NCBI GenBank assembly: GCA_031411095.1
Contig: JANOAK010000023.1
Span: 13,896-77,895, forward strand
Direction of reading: 5' to 3'
DNA length: 64,000 nt
DNA from: Flavobacteriales bacterium
Lineage (GTDB): Bacteria; Bacteroidota; Bacteroidia; Flavobacteriales_F; PHOS-HE28
Below the pieces are notes generated by a model. The model saw only the letters and a list, made by a program, of their open reading frames with translations, was not told where the DNA came from and did not search any database. This document shows, one piece after another, positions 1 to 10,644 of the stretch (position 1 is the first letter of the stretch; each line of letters starts with the position of its first letter). A program made the translations under genes and the position numbers.

Positions 1-1770
1 TATGCGTTCAATTCCGGTAGCAACACATCCATTGACCTGACGCTGACGCTGGGCACCATCGTTGACATTGGGGTCGAGATCTTCGAAGGAAGTTGCGCAG
101 GCACCTCGATCTTCTGTGATTACACGAGCACAGCGTACATCGTGCCTGTGACATCGAACACCAATTACCGCATCCGCGTTTCATCGAACACCCAGTTCGG
201 TGCGCCCGGTACGTTCCAGATCTGCCTGAGCGCCGCTTCAACGGTCGCTCCCCTCAACGACCTCTGCGACGGAGCATTGGTGCAGGCCTTGACCACTCCC
301 GGTTCGGTCACCGTTACCGGTGACAATACGGGTGCGACGGATACCGAAGGGTTCGGCGCCGATCAAGTGTGGGAGGCGTTCACCATCACGGAATGCTCGG
401 ACGTGGAGGTCTCCTTATGCGGGAACAGCCCGGCCTTCCCCTCCTACTTCATCAACCTGCTTGTGGGTTGCCCCACGTTCACGGCCTTGGTGGATACAAC
501 GAGCACCACGGTATGTGTGGACAATGTTTCGATGGTTTTCGCGGGTCTGGATCCAGGCACCTATTACTACCCCGTCTATCAAGAGGATGGCGTGCTCGAA
601 GGTCCGTACACCGTCACCTTCACCGCCACGGCCTGCGGTGGTGCCAACCCGCCTGTGAACGACCTGTGCAGCAGCGTTACACCCGTTGCCCTGGCCATGG
701 GCGGCACGGTGACCTTCACCGGCGACAACACGGATGCCACGATCACCGGGGACTATGCACCGGGATCGGACCTCGACGGTTCGGGCCTGGCCAGTGTATG
801 GCATGCCTTCACCACCACGGAATGCGCGAACATTGAAGTGAGTTATTGCGGCACGCTGCCCGCATTCCAGAACGTATGGGTCGTTCTGGCCAACAGCTGC
901 CCGGCTGACGTGCTCACATACTACTCTTCGTACAACACCACGGATTGCGGCTCGGGTAACTACACCGTGTACTTCGTGGGACTGCCTGCCGGTACGTGGT
1001 ACCTGCCTGTGATGTTCGACCCCACGGTCGGCAGCCTCGCCGTCGGGCCTTACAGCGTTGACGTCACCGCCTCCACCTGCTCGCAACCGCCGGCCAACGA
1101 TGATTGCGATGGGTCCATCCTGTTGGATGTGAACATCCTGTGCGAGACCACGTTGGGGACGGTGTTCGCCGCCACACAATCGCAACCTGCGCTCCTGTGC
1201 AATGGTTTCACCGGCGTGGCCAATGATGATGTGTGGTACTCCTTTGTTGCCACCGGTCCCAACCAGACCATCACCGTGACCGGCTCCGATACACTGGATG
1301 CGGTTGTGGAACTGTTCACCGGTGGATGCAACAGCCCGGCCACCCTGGCCTGTGCCGATGCCACATTGGTAGGTGAAACGGAGGAGATCGTGACGAACAA
1401 CCTGGTGGAGGGGAACCTTTACTACGTGCGGGTGTACGATTATTACTCCGGGTATCCGGTACAGCCCACCTTCACCATCTGCATCACCGGGGATATCGGT
1501 ACGTCGATCACGGAGAATGGCGACCTTCCGTTCGGCATGAGCCCCAATCCGGGTAACGGCGATGTGCGCATCAATTATGGTGGTCATGCGGGCTTGGTCC
1601 AAGTTGAACTGTTCGACCTCACGGGCCGAGTGGTGTATAGCACCTCCAGGTCGCTGGTCACGGGTCAGGTGTTCGATCTGCAGCTGTCCAACGCATTGTC
1701 CATTGGCGCCTATAACCTGCGCCTAAGCTCTGCCGAAGGGCAAAGCCAGCAGCGCCTGATCGTGCGCTAG
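1..1770 (+). CDS. Secreted repeat-domain protein with T9SS type-A C-terminal sorting domain (5' end lies outside the window)
   Basis: Frame 1 is open from nt 1. It holds three or more ~150-aa repeats ending in F(T/Q)IC(I/L). The C-terminus (SPNPGNGDVRINYGG...LFDLTGRVVYS...YNLRL) matches the Por secretion tail. Confidence 0.7.
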   Translation, partial: YAFNSGSNTSIDLTLTLGTIVDIGVEIFEGSCAGTSIFCDYTSTAYIVPVTSNTNYRIRVSSNTQFGAPGTFQICLSAASTVAPLNDLCDGALVQALTTPGSVTVTGDNTGATDTEGFGADQVWEAFTITECSDVEVSLCGNSPAFPSYFINLLVGCPTFTALVDTTSTTVCVDNVSMVFAGLDPGTYYYPVYQEDGVLEGPYTVTFTATACGGANPPVNDLCSSVTPVALAMGGTVTFTGDNTDATITGDYAPGSDLDGSGLASVWHAFTTTECANIEVSYCGTLPAFQNVWVVLANSCPADVLTYYSSYNTTDCGSGNYTVYFVGLPAGTWYLPVMFDPTVGSLAVGPYSVDVTASTCSQPPANDDCDGSILLDVNILCETTLGTVFAATQSQPALLCNGFTGVANDDVWYSFVATGPNQTITVTGSDTLDAVVELFTGGCNSPATLACADATLVGETEEIVTNNLVEGNLYYVRVYDYYSGYPVQPTFTICITGDIGTSITENGDLPFGMSPNPGNGDVRINYGGHAGLVQVELFDLTGRVVYSTSRSLVTGQVFDLQLSNALSIGAYNLRLSSAEGQSQQRLIVR

Positions 1771-1875
1771 GAATTCCTGTTCCGGACGAAGGGGCGTGCC
1801 GATCGGTGCGCCCCTTCGCCGTTTTGAAACCTATTCAGGTCCGTGGTGGTACAAAGGGGCGGAAAACACTGCTCC

Positions 1876-2415
1876 ATGCATCGCCCACTCACTTGTGCAC
1901 TTCTCCTGATCGCCGGCACCTTATCGGTCCAACTCCTTCAGGCCCAGGACTATGCTGAAGGCATGGCGCCGATCATCATCGACGGGAAGGTGACGGATGG
2001 CACCAACAAGCTGCCCGACAGCGAAGTGGTGGTGTTCAAGGGGAACGAGGTGATCTCCACCCTGCCAACGGGCAAGTCGGGCCGGTTCCGGGCCGAGTTG
2101 AAAGTAGGGGAGGTGTACAGCCTGGAATTCCGGCATGCGGGCTTCGTGCCCAAACGCATTGTGTTCGACACGCACATGCCCAAGCCCAAGAAGGAACATG
2201 ACTTCGAGATCGAACCGATCCCCATGGACATCAGCTTGTTGGAGCACACACGCTTCGACGGCGCCAACACGGACGATCTGGACTTCCCCTTTGCCATGGT
2301 GAAGTTCAACAAGAAGACCCTGGCCTTCGAACAGGATGTGGAATACACGATGGGGATGCAACGGACCAACGGCGCACTGCTACTCATGGCTGCGCGATCA
2401 GGAAAGAACAAGTGA
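1876..2415 (+). CDS. Secreted CarboxypepD-reg-like domain protein (tandem paralog A)
   Basis: Signal peptide MHRPLTCALLLIAG. Paralogous to the next ORF, sharing the motif DFPFAMVKF...A(F). Start chosen at the internal ATG. Confidence 0.5.
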   Translation: MHRPLTCALLLIAGTLSVQLLQAQDYAEGMAPIIIDGKVTDGTNKLPDSEVVVFKGNEVISTLPTGKSGRFRAELKVGEVYSLEFRHAGFVPKRIVFDTHMPKPKKEHDFEIEPIPMDISLLEHTRFDGANTDDLDFPFAMVKFNKKTLAFEQDVEYTMGMQRTNGALLLMAARSGKNK

Positions 2416-2990
2416 TGGAACACAGGATGATGAACCCCCAGATGAGAACCTCCCTCTTCATCGGCGTTGTTGCGGTGTTGATGTTCGCTGCAGCACCATC
2501 GGGCCCCACCGTGGCCAATTTCTCCAAGACGCGATACCGGTTGCAGCTCGAGGGCCGCATCACCGACAAGGAGGAGCACTCCCTCGAAGGAGTGAAGATC
2601 CGCGTGGACACCAACGGTGTACTGCTGGGCCGGGTACAGGCCGACGAGAAGGGCCGCTTCGTGGTGATGTTGGACATCGGCCACTTCTACGGATTCTCCG
2701 TGGAACGCGAGGGTTTCGTGAAGAAGCGGTTCATCGTCGACGCACGCACTGAGGATCCCTCCACCGTGGTGGCCGGTCCCTTCCATGCCGACATTTCGCT
2801 GAACTCCATGGATAAGCTTTCAAGCGTGGACCCCACGATCTTGGACTTCCCTTACGCCATGGTGACCTATTCAGCAAAGGACCGGGCGTTCATTGCCGAT
2901 CCCGCCTACATCGAGGAGATGAAGCGGGTGGAGGCCGCCCTGATGCTGGGCGCGGCCTACGGCGGCGGTAAGCGTACCTCGTCCCAGTAA
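2415..2990 (+). CDS. Secreted CarboxypepD-reg-like domain protein (tandem paralog B)
   Basis: TGATG overlap with the upstream stop. N-terminal hydrophobic signal. Shares the DFPYAMVTY motif with paralog A. Confidence 0.5.
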   Translation: MEHRMMNPQMRTSLFIGVVAVLMFAAAPSGPTVANFSKTRYRLQLEGRITDKEEHSLEGVKIRVDTNGVLLGRVQADEKGRFVVMLDIGHFYGFSVEREGFVKKRFIVDARTEDPSTVVAGPFHADISLNSMDKLSSVDPTILDFPYAMVTYSAKDRAFIADPAYIEEMKRVEAALMLGAAYGGGKRTSSQ

Positions 2991-3044
2991 GCCGCAGCGA
3001 TCACGGGGCCGTTGGTTAACTTGGGCCGGCATCAGCCGCTCAAC

Positions 3045-3575
3045 ATGTCCATCAAGCGCCCCTTCAACCTCAAGGGCTGGATCGCGGACCATCGCGACCT
3101 GCTCAAGCCTCCTGTTGGCAACAAGAACCTGTATGCCGATGCGGGCGACTACATCGTGATGGTGGTGGGCGGGCCGAACGCGCGCAAGGATTATCACTGG
3201 AACGAGACCGAAGAGCTCTTCTATCAGGTGGAGGGCGACATTGAGGTGGGCATCCAGGAGGATGGCCAAGCCGTAACCATCCCCATCAGGGAGGGCGAGA
3301 TGTTCCTGCTGCCAGGTAGAACGCCGCATCAGCCACGCAGGGGGGCCGGCACGGTGGGCCTGGTGATCGAGGTCAAGCGCGATGATCGCGATCTGGAGGA
3401 CGGTCTGCAGTGGTACTGCGAAAAGTGCAACAACCTGTTGCATGAATACCGTTTTGTGCTGCACAACATTGAACAGGACTTCCTGCCCCGCTTCAAGGAG
3501 TTCTATACGGATGTCGACCTGCGCACGTGCAAGAAGTGCGGGCATGTAATGGAGGCGGACAAGCGCTTCATGTGA
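3045..3575 (+). CDS. 3-hydroxyanthranilate 3,4-dioxygenase (cupin)
   Basis: Characteristic HAAO sequence (NLKGWIADHRDLLKPPVGN, cupin His/Glu residues, C-terminal CxxC...CxxC rubredoxin-like site). Start taken at MSIKRPF. Confidence 0.8.
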   Translation: MSIKRPFNLKGWIADHRDLLKPPVGNKNLYADAGDYIVMVVGGPNARKDYHWNETEELFYQVEGDIEVGIQEDGQAVTIPIREGEMFLLPGRTPHQPRRGAGTVGLVIEVKRDDRDLEDGLQWYCEKCNNLLHEYRFVLHNIEQDFLPRFKEFYTDVDLRTCKKCGHVMEADKRFM

Positions 3576-3582
3576 CCGCCGC

Positions 3583-4596
3583 GTGCCGCTGCTGAGCATC
3601 GACATACACACGCACATCCTGCCGGAGAACATCCCCGACTTCGGGCGTCGTTTCGGTTACGGAGGGTTCATCCACCTCGACCATCACAAACCCGGTTGCG
3701 CCCGGATGATGATGGAGGACAAGTTCTTCCGCGAGGTGCAGGCGAATTGCTGGGACCCACGCGTACGCATGCAGGAATGTGATGCGTTCAACGTGCATGT
3801 GCAGGTGATCAGCACCGTGCCGGTGATGTTCAGTTATTGGGCCAAGCCCCACGATACGCTGGCGCTCTCCGAATTCCTCAATGACCATATCGCCGGTGTG
3901 GTGGCAGCGCATCCGCGCCGCTTCGTGGGGCTCGGTACTCTGCCCATGCAGGATGTTGACCTGGCCGTGAAGGAACTTGAGCGCTGCAAGCGCATCGGCC
4001 TTGCAGGTGTGCAGATCGGAACGCACGTTGAGGGGTTGAACCTCGGCGAGCCGCGCCTGCTCCCCATCTTCCAGGCGTGCGAAGAGCTGGACATGGCGGT
4101 GTTCGTGCACCCGTGGGACATGCTGGGGAAGGAGCGTATGGACAAGTACTGGCTTCCGTGGCTGGTGGGCATGCCGGTTGAAACGACCCTGGCGATCACC
4201 AGCATGATCTTCAGCGGGCTCTTCGAGAAGGTGCCGCGTTTGCGCGTGGCCTTCGCCCATGGAGGTGGTTCGTTCCCCGCCACCATCGGCCGGATCCAGC
4301 ATGGCTTCGATGTGCGGCCCGATCTGTGCGCGGTGGACAATGATGTGGCACCCACCAATTACCTCGGTCGGTTCTGGCTCGATTCGCTGGTGCACGACCC
4401 GGTGATGCTTCAGCATCTGGTGAACGTGTGCGGTGCCGACAGGATCTCCCTCGGCTCCGACTATCCCTTCCCGCTGGGCGAACTGCAGCCAGGCAAACTG
4501 ATCCGCAGCATGCCCTGGGATGATGCGCAGAAGGAGATGCTCTTGAGCGGATCGGCCCTGCAATGGTTGGGCCTCGAGCGTGACCGGTTCGTGTAA
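3583..4596 (+). CDS. 2-amino-3-carboxymuconate-6-semialdehyde decarboxylase (ACMSD, amidohydrolase-2)
   Basis: N-terminal IDIHTHILP metal-binding motif and amidohydrolase-2 architecture. 7-nt gap from the HAAO gene suggests an operon. Confidence 0.8.
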   Translation: MPLLSIDIHTHILPENIPDFGRRFGYGGFIHLDHHKPGCARMMMEDKFFREVQANCWDPRVRMQECDAFNVHVQVISTVPVMFSYWAKPHDTLALSEFLNDHIAGVVAAHPRRFVGLGTLPMQDVDLAVKELERCKRIGLAGVQIGTHVEGLNLGEPRLLPIFQACEELDMAVFVHPWDMLGKERMDKYWLPWLVGMPVETTLAITSMIFSGLFEKVPRLRVAFAHGGGSFPATIGRIQHGFDVRPDLCAVDNDVAPTNYLGRFWLDSLVHDPVMLQHLVNVCGADRISLGSDYPFPLGELQPGKLIRSMPWDDAQKEMLLSGSALQWLGLERDRFV

Positions 4597-4601
4597 CGCG
4601 G

Positions 4602-7600
4602 TCAGCGCACCAGGTTCACGTGTCCGAAGACCGTGCGCTTCTTTCCATTGAGCTCGGTAAGATCCACGCGCCACACATAGGTATCGATCGGCGAGCTTAC
4701 ACCATGGTAAGAGCCGTCCCACGACTGGCTGAGCTGTGTTGCTGCGAAGATCTCCTCGCCCCAGCGGTTGAACACGAGCAGCCGGAACTCCTTCACCTCC
4801 GTGGCCCTGGCGGAGAAGCTGTCGTTCACGCCATCGCCGTTCGGGGTGAAGGTGTTGGGAACGAAGAGCGAACCGTTCACGAACACCGTGACCTGATCGG
4901 TCGCCCTGCAGCCGTTGGCGTCGATCAACACCACCGTATAGGTGGTGGAACTGAGCGGTTCAGCCACGGGGGCAACACACGAATCGCATGAGAGGGTGAG
5001 CGCCGGCGACCAGATCATGGTGCCATTGCCGAGCCCCACGAGCTGGGCCTGGTCGCCGAAGTCGATGCCCGAGTCCTGCCCGGCATTGACCGTGGGCGCC
5101 GGGAACACGTTCACCGTGGTGGTGGCCGCGGCCGTGCAGCCCAGTGCATCGCTCACCATTACCGTGTACGTGGTGGAAGCCTGCACCGTGGCCTCCGTCA
5201 CGGCGGCATCGGGATCGCTTAGACCGGTCGTAGGGGACCACGCATAAAATGCACCGCCGCTCGCGGACAGCGTCACTTGCTCGTTCGGGCACACGGTGGT
5301 GTCGGGCCAGGCCAGCGCCACCACTTGGCGCACATCAACAAAGGCGCTGTCCGCGACGCTGCCGCAGGTATTGCTCAAGGTCACCACGTAGTATTGATCT
5401 GCTTGAGGCGACACCACGGGATCGGCGATGTTGAGGTCGGAAATGCCCGGTGCTGCCTGCCATGCATAGGTGGTTCCGCCCTGTGCAAGGAGTTGCACGG
5501 ATCCGCCCAGGCACACCGCGGTGTCGCCAACGATGGGCACGGGGACATCCACCTCCACGTTCACCACCAAGGTGTCCTGCACCACGCATCCTTCCGGGGT
5601 GGTGATGGTGACAACATAGTGCGTGGTGTCCAAAGGACTGGCCAGGGGACTTTGTGCCGTGGGGTCATCGAGTGAGTTCGCCGGGCTCCAGGCATAGGTG
5701 CCGCCACCGATGGCGGTGATGGGGACGGGTTGCCCGGCGCAGGTGAGCGTATCGGGTCCCGCTTCACCGAAGGGTATGCCCACGATGATGTCGATGGTCG
5801 CCGTATCGGTCCCGCAACTGTCCGTTATGATCACGGAGTAGGTGATCGAGCTGTCGGCCGTAACAAAGGGATCTGCGCTGGTCGGATCGCTGAGCCCGGT
5901 GGTGGGGGACCAGAGGAATATATGGCCACCATGCGCGTGCAGCTGGATGGTGGCACCATCGCAGATGGGTTGTACCGGATCGATCGAGGGTTCCTGTGGC
6001 GCGATGACGTGGATGGTGATGGTCCCTGTGTCGGTAGGGGTGCAACTGCTGCTATCGTCGAGCAGCATCACCACGGTATAGGTACCGGGGTCGGTGTACG
6101 TGTGCTGCGGCTCGAACGCAGTGGAGGTGGTGCTGTCGCCGAAGTGCCACAGTTGCTGTGAGCCCCCCACGCTGTTATTGATGAACTGCACCGTGCCCGA
6201 TACGCAGATCACATCGGGACCGTCGATGGAGATGAAGGCCTCGGGCTGGCCCAGGTTGAACTTGAACACGCCGAGGTTGCAATTGAAGCTGTTGTTGGTG
6301 TTGCTCCAGGCACCTGCGGTGGTGGGGAAGTCACTGTTGCCACCGCAACCGGCGCAAACGGCCTGGTACACGTTGCCGTTCTTATCGAAGCGGCTTGTGC
6401 CGCCATCCACGTGTTCCGCACTGGTGCCCCCGCCGAAGAACGTGGCATAGTTCAGCGACACGGCCTCGGGGTTGAGCACCATGAGGTAGAAGTCGCTTCC
6501 GTCCGTGTTCGGTTGGTACGCGTCGGCCGTTACCGGAAGGCCGGTGGTTGTACTGAAGTCGGCGTTCACGAACGTGTTCACGGAACCGCCCCAGCCGCTG
6601 AAGTAGATCTGGTCGCAGTTGCTCACCAGGAATGCGCTGGGCGAGATGTCCTCATTGCCATTGCCGTTGCCGATCACGGTGCTCCATAGTGAAGTGGAGA
6701 GGTCGGTGGAGAGCTTGTGGATGAACTGTGAACTGCCGGGGTTGGTGTATTTGCCGGGTGTTACGGGATACGCCCCGTGCGTCTGGCCGACCACATATAC
6801 CTCATCCTGCGTGTCCAACTGCACGAAGAAGCATTGGTCATAGCTCGCTGTGCCCAGGTAAGTAGAGCCGAGCAACTGTCCTGCTGCGGAATAGCGCATG
6901 GCATAGCCGTCCACTGTGCCGGCGTTCGAGTTGTCAAAGGTGGTGCCGGCCATGGGCAGGTCGCTGCTGGCGGTACCACCTGTAAGGTAAATGTCGCCGG
7001 TGCTGCTGACCTGTACACCATTCCCACTATCGCCCTGTGATCCGCCACAATAGGTGGCGAACTGGAGGCTGGTGAGATCGGCGCTCAGACGGAACAGGAT
7101 AGCGTCCAGGTCGCCGCCACCGAAAGCCTGTTGCGCCGTGCCAGCGGTGGTGGGCATATCGAAGCTCTGGGTGCTGGAGGCCACCACCGGTCGTTCCAGC
7201 GCATCGAGGGTGATCTCTCCGCGGAAGTGATCGCCGTAGTTATGCACCAGGGCCGCGCTCTGGTCCAGGCCGTCGTTGTTCGTCCCGCCCACGTAGGTGC
7301 CGCCGATCAACACCGTTGCGTCCGCGGAAAGATGCGCCACGGCGATGTCGGTGCCGAAGTCGAACCCATAGCCTTCGCCGGAGAAGAGGTTCACGAAACC
7401 GCCTGTGAGCGGGATCTGCGTGCCGCCATTGAACGTGGGATCGAAGCAACCTGGTGAGGTGGGGAAGTCGAACGAGCCGGTGACGGACAACACGAAGAGC
7501 TCGTTCGCGCTGTTGACCACCAGGCTGTTCGGCGTTTCATTGTTCGAGCCGCCGAGGTAGGTGCTCCATTCCAGCAGGGTGCCATCGGGCGACCACTTGC

Positions 7601-8534
7601 TCACACCGATGTCGATGTCCAGCCCGGCGAACGTGGGTTGCAAAACCCCGAGGGTGGTCGGGTAACCGAAGTCGAACACGATGCCACCGCCGTACAACGC
7701 GCCATCATTGTCATAGGTCGCCGTGAAGCCGAAGTTGTCCCCTGTGCTGCCGCTGTAGCTGCCGAAGGTGAGCTCCGGATCGATCGTCAATGGCAATCCC
7801 TTGATCATCTTCACGTCGTACGTCACCGTGTTGCCGCGGAGGCGATAAGCGGAAGGCCTTGGGATGCGTTTGTTGTCGATGCCGTCGAAGAACGGTGCCC
7901 AGGAGACCGGTGCCTCTTCCTCCACAGTGCCCGCCGTGGTGGTCACCAGCAGGCTCCCCTCCTTCAAGTACAATCCATCCTGACCGTCGAAGCGCATCCG
8001 GATCACCGACGGATCCGCATCGGGCTGAACGAGGAATTCGTACTTCAGGCCCTCTGTCCCATCCAAGCGCAGGTCGATGCCCGGGTAGAGGTCGTGCAAC
8101 ACCACCACCCCGAACACAAGGCAATGGGTGCCCCATTTGGCGGGGTCCTTTCCGAGGAAGAAATTCTCGTACTGTGGCTGAGCGTGGCTGCCCACACCCC
8201 TGGCGGGCCGTGCCCCTTCGAACGTGACGCGGTAGGCGTGGGCGCGGCACGGCTCCTCGGCCTCTGCAGGATCATGGCCGTGGTGGGCCAGGGGTCCGCC
8301 CTGTATGAGTTCGAAGGTGAACGCGTCCTTCTCCACGAACAATGCACCACCCGGGAACAGACAGCGGTACAACACCTGCTCCGGCCATTGGCCCCGGTTC
8401 TCCGTGAAGGTGGCCACAGGCCGCTCCCCCGCAGTGGCGGAAAGGGCGAAAAGGCCGAGGAGAAGGGAGACGAGGGGGCGCACGCAGGGGGCTCGTGGAA
8501 AGGTACCGAAAGTTAAGACCCCATTGGCAGGCAT
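4602..8534 (-). CDS. Giant cell-surface protein with beta-propeller, PKD/Ig-like domains and a T9SS type-B (CHU_C / gliding-motility) C-terminal domain
   Basis: N-terminal signal peptide, SBBP-like repeats, repeated Ig/PKD-like modules. C-terminal ...FVPNTFTPNGDGVNDSF...FNRWGEEIF...WDG motif. Confidence 0.75.
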   Translation of the reverse strand: MPANGVLTFGTFPRAPCVRPLVSLLLGLFALSATAGERPVATFTENRGQWPEQVLYRCLFPGGALFVEKDAFTFELIQGGPLAHHGHDPAEAEEPCRAHAYRVTFEGARPARGVGSHAQPQYENFFLGKDPAKWGTHCLVFGVVVLHDLYPGIDLRLDGTEGLKYEFLVQPDADPSVIRMRFDGQDGLYLKEGSLLVTTTAGTVEEEAPVSWAPFFDGIDNKRIPRPSAYRLRGNTVTYDVKMIKGLPLTIDPELTFGSYSGSTGDNFGFTATYDNDGALYGGGIVFDFGYPTTLGVLQPTFAGLDIDIGVSKWSPDGTLLEWSTYLGGSNNETPNSLVVNSANELFVLSVTGSFDFPTSPGCFDPTFNGGTQIPLTGGFVNLFSGEGYGFDFGTDIAVAHLSADATVLIGGTYVGGTNNDGLDQSAALVHNYGDHFRGEITLDALERPVVASSTQSFDMPTTAGTAQQAFGGGDLDAILFRLSADLTSLQFATYCGGSQGDSGNGVQVSSTGDIYLTGGTASSDLPMAGTTFDNSNAGTVDGYAMRYSAAGQLLGSTYLGTASYDQCFFVQLDTQDEVYVVGQTHGAYPVTPGKYTNPGSSQFIHKLSTDLSTSLWSTVIGNGNGNEDISPSAFLVSNCDQIYFSGWGGSVNTFVNADFSTTTGLPVTADAYQPNTDGSDFYLMVLNPEAVSLNYATFFGGGTSAEHVDGGTSRFDKNGNVYQAVCAGCGGNSDFPTTAGAWSNTNNSFNCNLGVFKFNLGQPEAFISIDGPDVICVSGTVQFINNSVGGSQQLWHFGDSTTSTAFEPQHTYTDPGTYTVVMLLDDSSSCTPTDTGTITIHVIAPQEPSIDPVQPICDGATIQLHAHGGHIFLWSPTTGLSDPTSADPFVTADSSITYSVIITDSCGTDTATIDIIVGIPFGEAGPDTLTCAGQPVPITAIGGGTYAWSPANSLDDPTAQSPLASPLDTTHYVVTITTPEGCVVQDTLVVNVEVDVPVPIVGDTAVCLGGSVQLLAQGGTTYAWQAAPGISDLNIADPVVSPQADQYYVVTLSNTCGSVADSAFVDVRQVVALAWPDTTVCPNEQVTLSASGGAFYAWSPTTGLSDPDAAVTEATVQASTTYTVMVSDALGCTAAATTTVNVFPAPTVNAGQDSGIDFGDQAQLVGLGNGTMIWSPALTLSCDSCVAPVAEPLSSTTYTVVLIDANGCRATDQVTVFVNGSLFVPNTFTPNGDGVNDSFSARATEVKEFRLLVFNRWGEEIFAATQLSQSWDGSYHGVSSPIDTYVWRVDLTELNGKKRTVFGHVNLVR

Positions 8535-8698
8535 TTGGTTGCTTTCGTGCGCTGGATGGGGGATCCCGGCCTACCCGGCGGCAGGGTGTACTTTCGCAGT
8601 GCGAACGCGCAGAACAGGTGGACCTTTCCCCCGTCCGCTACCTGCGATGCTTCAGCGCACCACGTTCACCCACTCCCAGTGAGCTACGGCAGCAACCC

Positions 8699-10639
8699 AT
8701 GAGCGACGCGATCAAACACGAATGTGGCCTGGCCTTCATCCGCTTGCGCAAGCCACTTCACCACTATCAGCAGAAATACGGCAGCGCCTTCCACGGCATC
8801 AACAAGCTGTTCCTGCTGATGGAAAAACAGCACAATCGCGGCCAGGACGGTGCGGGAGTGGCGGTGATCAAGCTGGACCCGGAGCCGGGCGACAACTACA
8901 TCGATCGCACGCGCAGCACGGACAAGCAGGCCATCCAGAAGATCTTCGGGGGGATCCAAAAAGGTTATCAGAACGCGATCGACAAGGACCCTTCCCTGGC
9001 CGGTGATGTGGAGCGCTTGAAGGCCGAGGTCCCTTTCCTGGGCGAGGTGCTGTTGGGCCACTTGCGCTACGCAACGTATGGAGCGGACGGATTGGAGAAC
9101 TGCCACCCGCGCCGCCGCCTCAGCAATTGGATCACCCGCAACCTTGTGCTGGCAGGCAACTTCAACATGACCAATGTGGACGAGCTGTTCGCATTGCTCG
9201 TGAGCATCGGTCAGCACCCCAAGGAGCATAGCGACACGATGACGGTGCTCGAGAAGATCGGGCACTACCTGGATGTGGAGAACGACCGCCTGCGCCAGAT
9301 ACACACACACCTGGGTTACACCGACCCGCAGATCACGCAGGTGATCGGAGAGAAGATGGATGTGCGCGAGATCCTGCGGATGAGCGCACTCGATTTCGAT
9401 GGTGGCTATGCATTCGCCGGGTTGATCGGCCATGGCGATGCTTTCGTGCTGCGTGATCCCGCCGGCATCCGGCCGTGCTTCTGGTACGCCGATGACGAGT
9501 TCGTGGTGGCTGCGAGCGAGCGCCCCGCGATACAGACCGCCTTTGGCGTGAAGACCGATCAGGTGCAGGAACTACGCCCCGGCCATGCGTTGATCGTGAG
9601 GAAGAACGGGAGCTTCAGTGAAGAACAGGTGCGCGAGCCGGTGGAGAAACGCGCATGCAGCTTCGAACGGATCTACTTCAGCCGCGGAAGTGATCGCGAT
9701 GTATACCGCGAGCGGATCGCCTTGGGCCGCAACGTGGTGCCCGCCATCCTGGAAGCGGTGGACCACGACCTGCAGAACACCGTGTTCAGTTTCATTCCGA
9801 ACACGGCGGAAGTGGCCTGCATCGGCATGCTGAAGGGCCTTGAGGACGAACTGGTGAAGACCAAGGAACGCCTCATCGGCGAAATGGGGCCCACCCCGGC
9901 CCCCGGTCGCTTGCGCGAGATCCTGAACATGCGTCCGCGCCTGGAGAAGGTGGCGATCAAGGACGCGAAGCTGCGCACCTTCATCACAGCGGACATTGCG
10001 CGCGATGAACTGGTGGCGCACGTATATGACATCACCTATGGCACGGTGCGTCCGGGCCTGGACAACCTGGTGGTGATCGACGACAGCATTGTGCGCGGCA
10101 CCACCTTGAAACAGAGCATCCTGAAGATGCTCGACAGACTGGAGCCGAAGCGCATCGTGGTGGTGAGCAGCGCGCCGCAGATCCGCTATCCGGATTGCTA
10201 CGGCATCGATATGGCCAAGATGGGCGACCTCGTGGCTTTCCAGGCGGCCATTGCCTTGCTGCGCGAAACGAAGCAGGACAACATCATCGAGGATGTGTAC
10301 GACCGGTGCCTCGCCAACGTGGGCAAACCACTGGTGCCGCTGCCGGGTGCGCCCGGAGGCGGTGGTCCCTCCCCGTGGGTGGACAATGCGGTGAAGGACA
10401 TCTATGCACCGTTCACCGCGGAGCAGATCAGCGCGAAGATCACCGAGCTGCTCACGCCTGAGGGCATGCGGGCGGAGGTGCGCATCGTGTACCAGAGCAT
10501 CGAAGGCTTGCGCTCGGCGTGTCCGCAACACACCGGTGATTGGTATTTCACAGGCAACTATCCCACCCCGGGCGGCAACCGCGTGGTGAACCGTGCTTTC
10601 ATCAATTGGATGGAGGGAAGGAACGTGCGGGCGTATTGA
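8699..10639 (+). CDS. purF: Amidophosphoribosyltransferase (long Bacteroidota-type class-II glutamine amidotransferase)
   Basis: MSDAIKHECGLAFIRL Ntn-Cys start. PRTase motif LVVIDDSIVRGTT. Start moved to the internal ATG at 8699. Confidence 0.7.
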   Translation: MSDAIKHECGLAFIRLRKPLHHYQQKYGSAFHGINKLFLLMEKQHNRGQDGAGVAVIKLDPEPGDNYIDRTRSTDKQAIQKIFGGIQKGYQNAIDKDPSLAGDVERLKAEVPFLGEVLLGHLRYATYGADGLENCHPRRRLSNWITRNLVLAGNFNMTNVDELFALLVSIGQHPKEHSDTMTVLEKIGHYLDVENDRLRQIHTHLGYTDPQITQVIGEKMDVREILRMSALDFDGGYAFAGLIGHGDAFVLRDPAGIRPCFWYADDEFVVAASERPAIQTAFGVKTDQVQELRPGHALIVRKNGSFSEEQVREPVEKRACSFERIYFSRGSDRDVYRERIALGRNVVPAILEAVDHDLQNTVFSFIPNTAEVACIGMLKGLEDELVKTKERLIGEMGPTPAPGRLREILNMRPRLEKVAIKDAKLRTFITADIARDELVAHVYDITYGTVRPGLDNLVVIDDSIVRGTTLKQSILKMLDRLEPKRIVVVSSAPQIRYPDCYGIDMAKMGDLVAFQAAIALLRETKQDNIIEDVYDRCLANVGKPLVPLPGAPGGGGPSPWVDNAVKDIYAPFTAEQISAKITELLTPEGMRAEVRIVYQSIEGLRSACPQHTGDWYFTGNYPTPGGNRVVNRAFINWMEGRNVRAY

Positions 10640-10644
10640 TCGCT

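Noticed and set aside
415-1602. Long antisense ORFs inside real genes (e.g. 415..1602-, 1950..2786-, 7638..8516+, 20018..21445+, 22692..23753+, 37514..38668+, 49273..50481+, 55225..56112+)
   Set aside because: Expected by chance in a ~65% GC genome. The opposite-strand ORFs have clear homology, and these have Arg/Gly/His-rich low-complexity translations.
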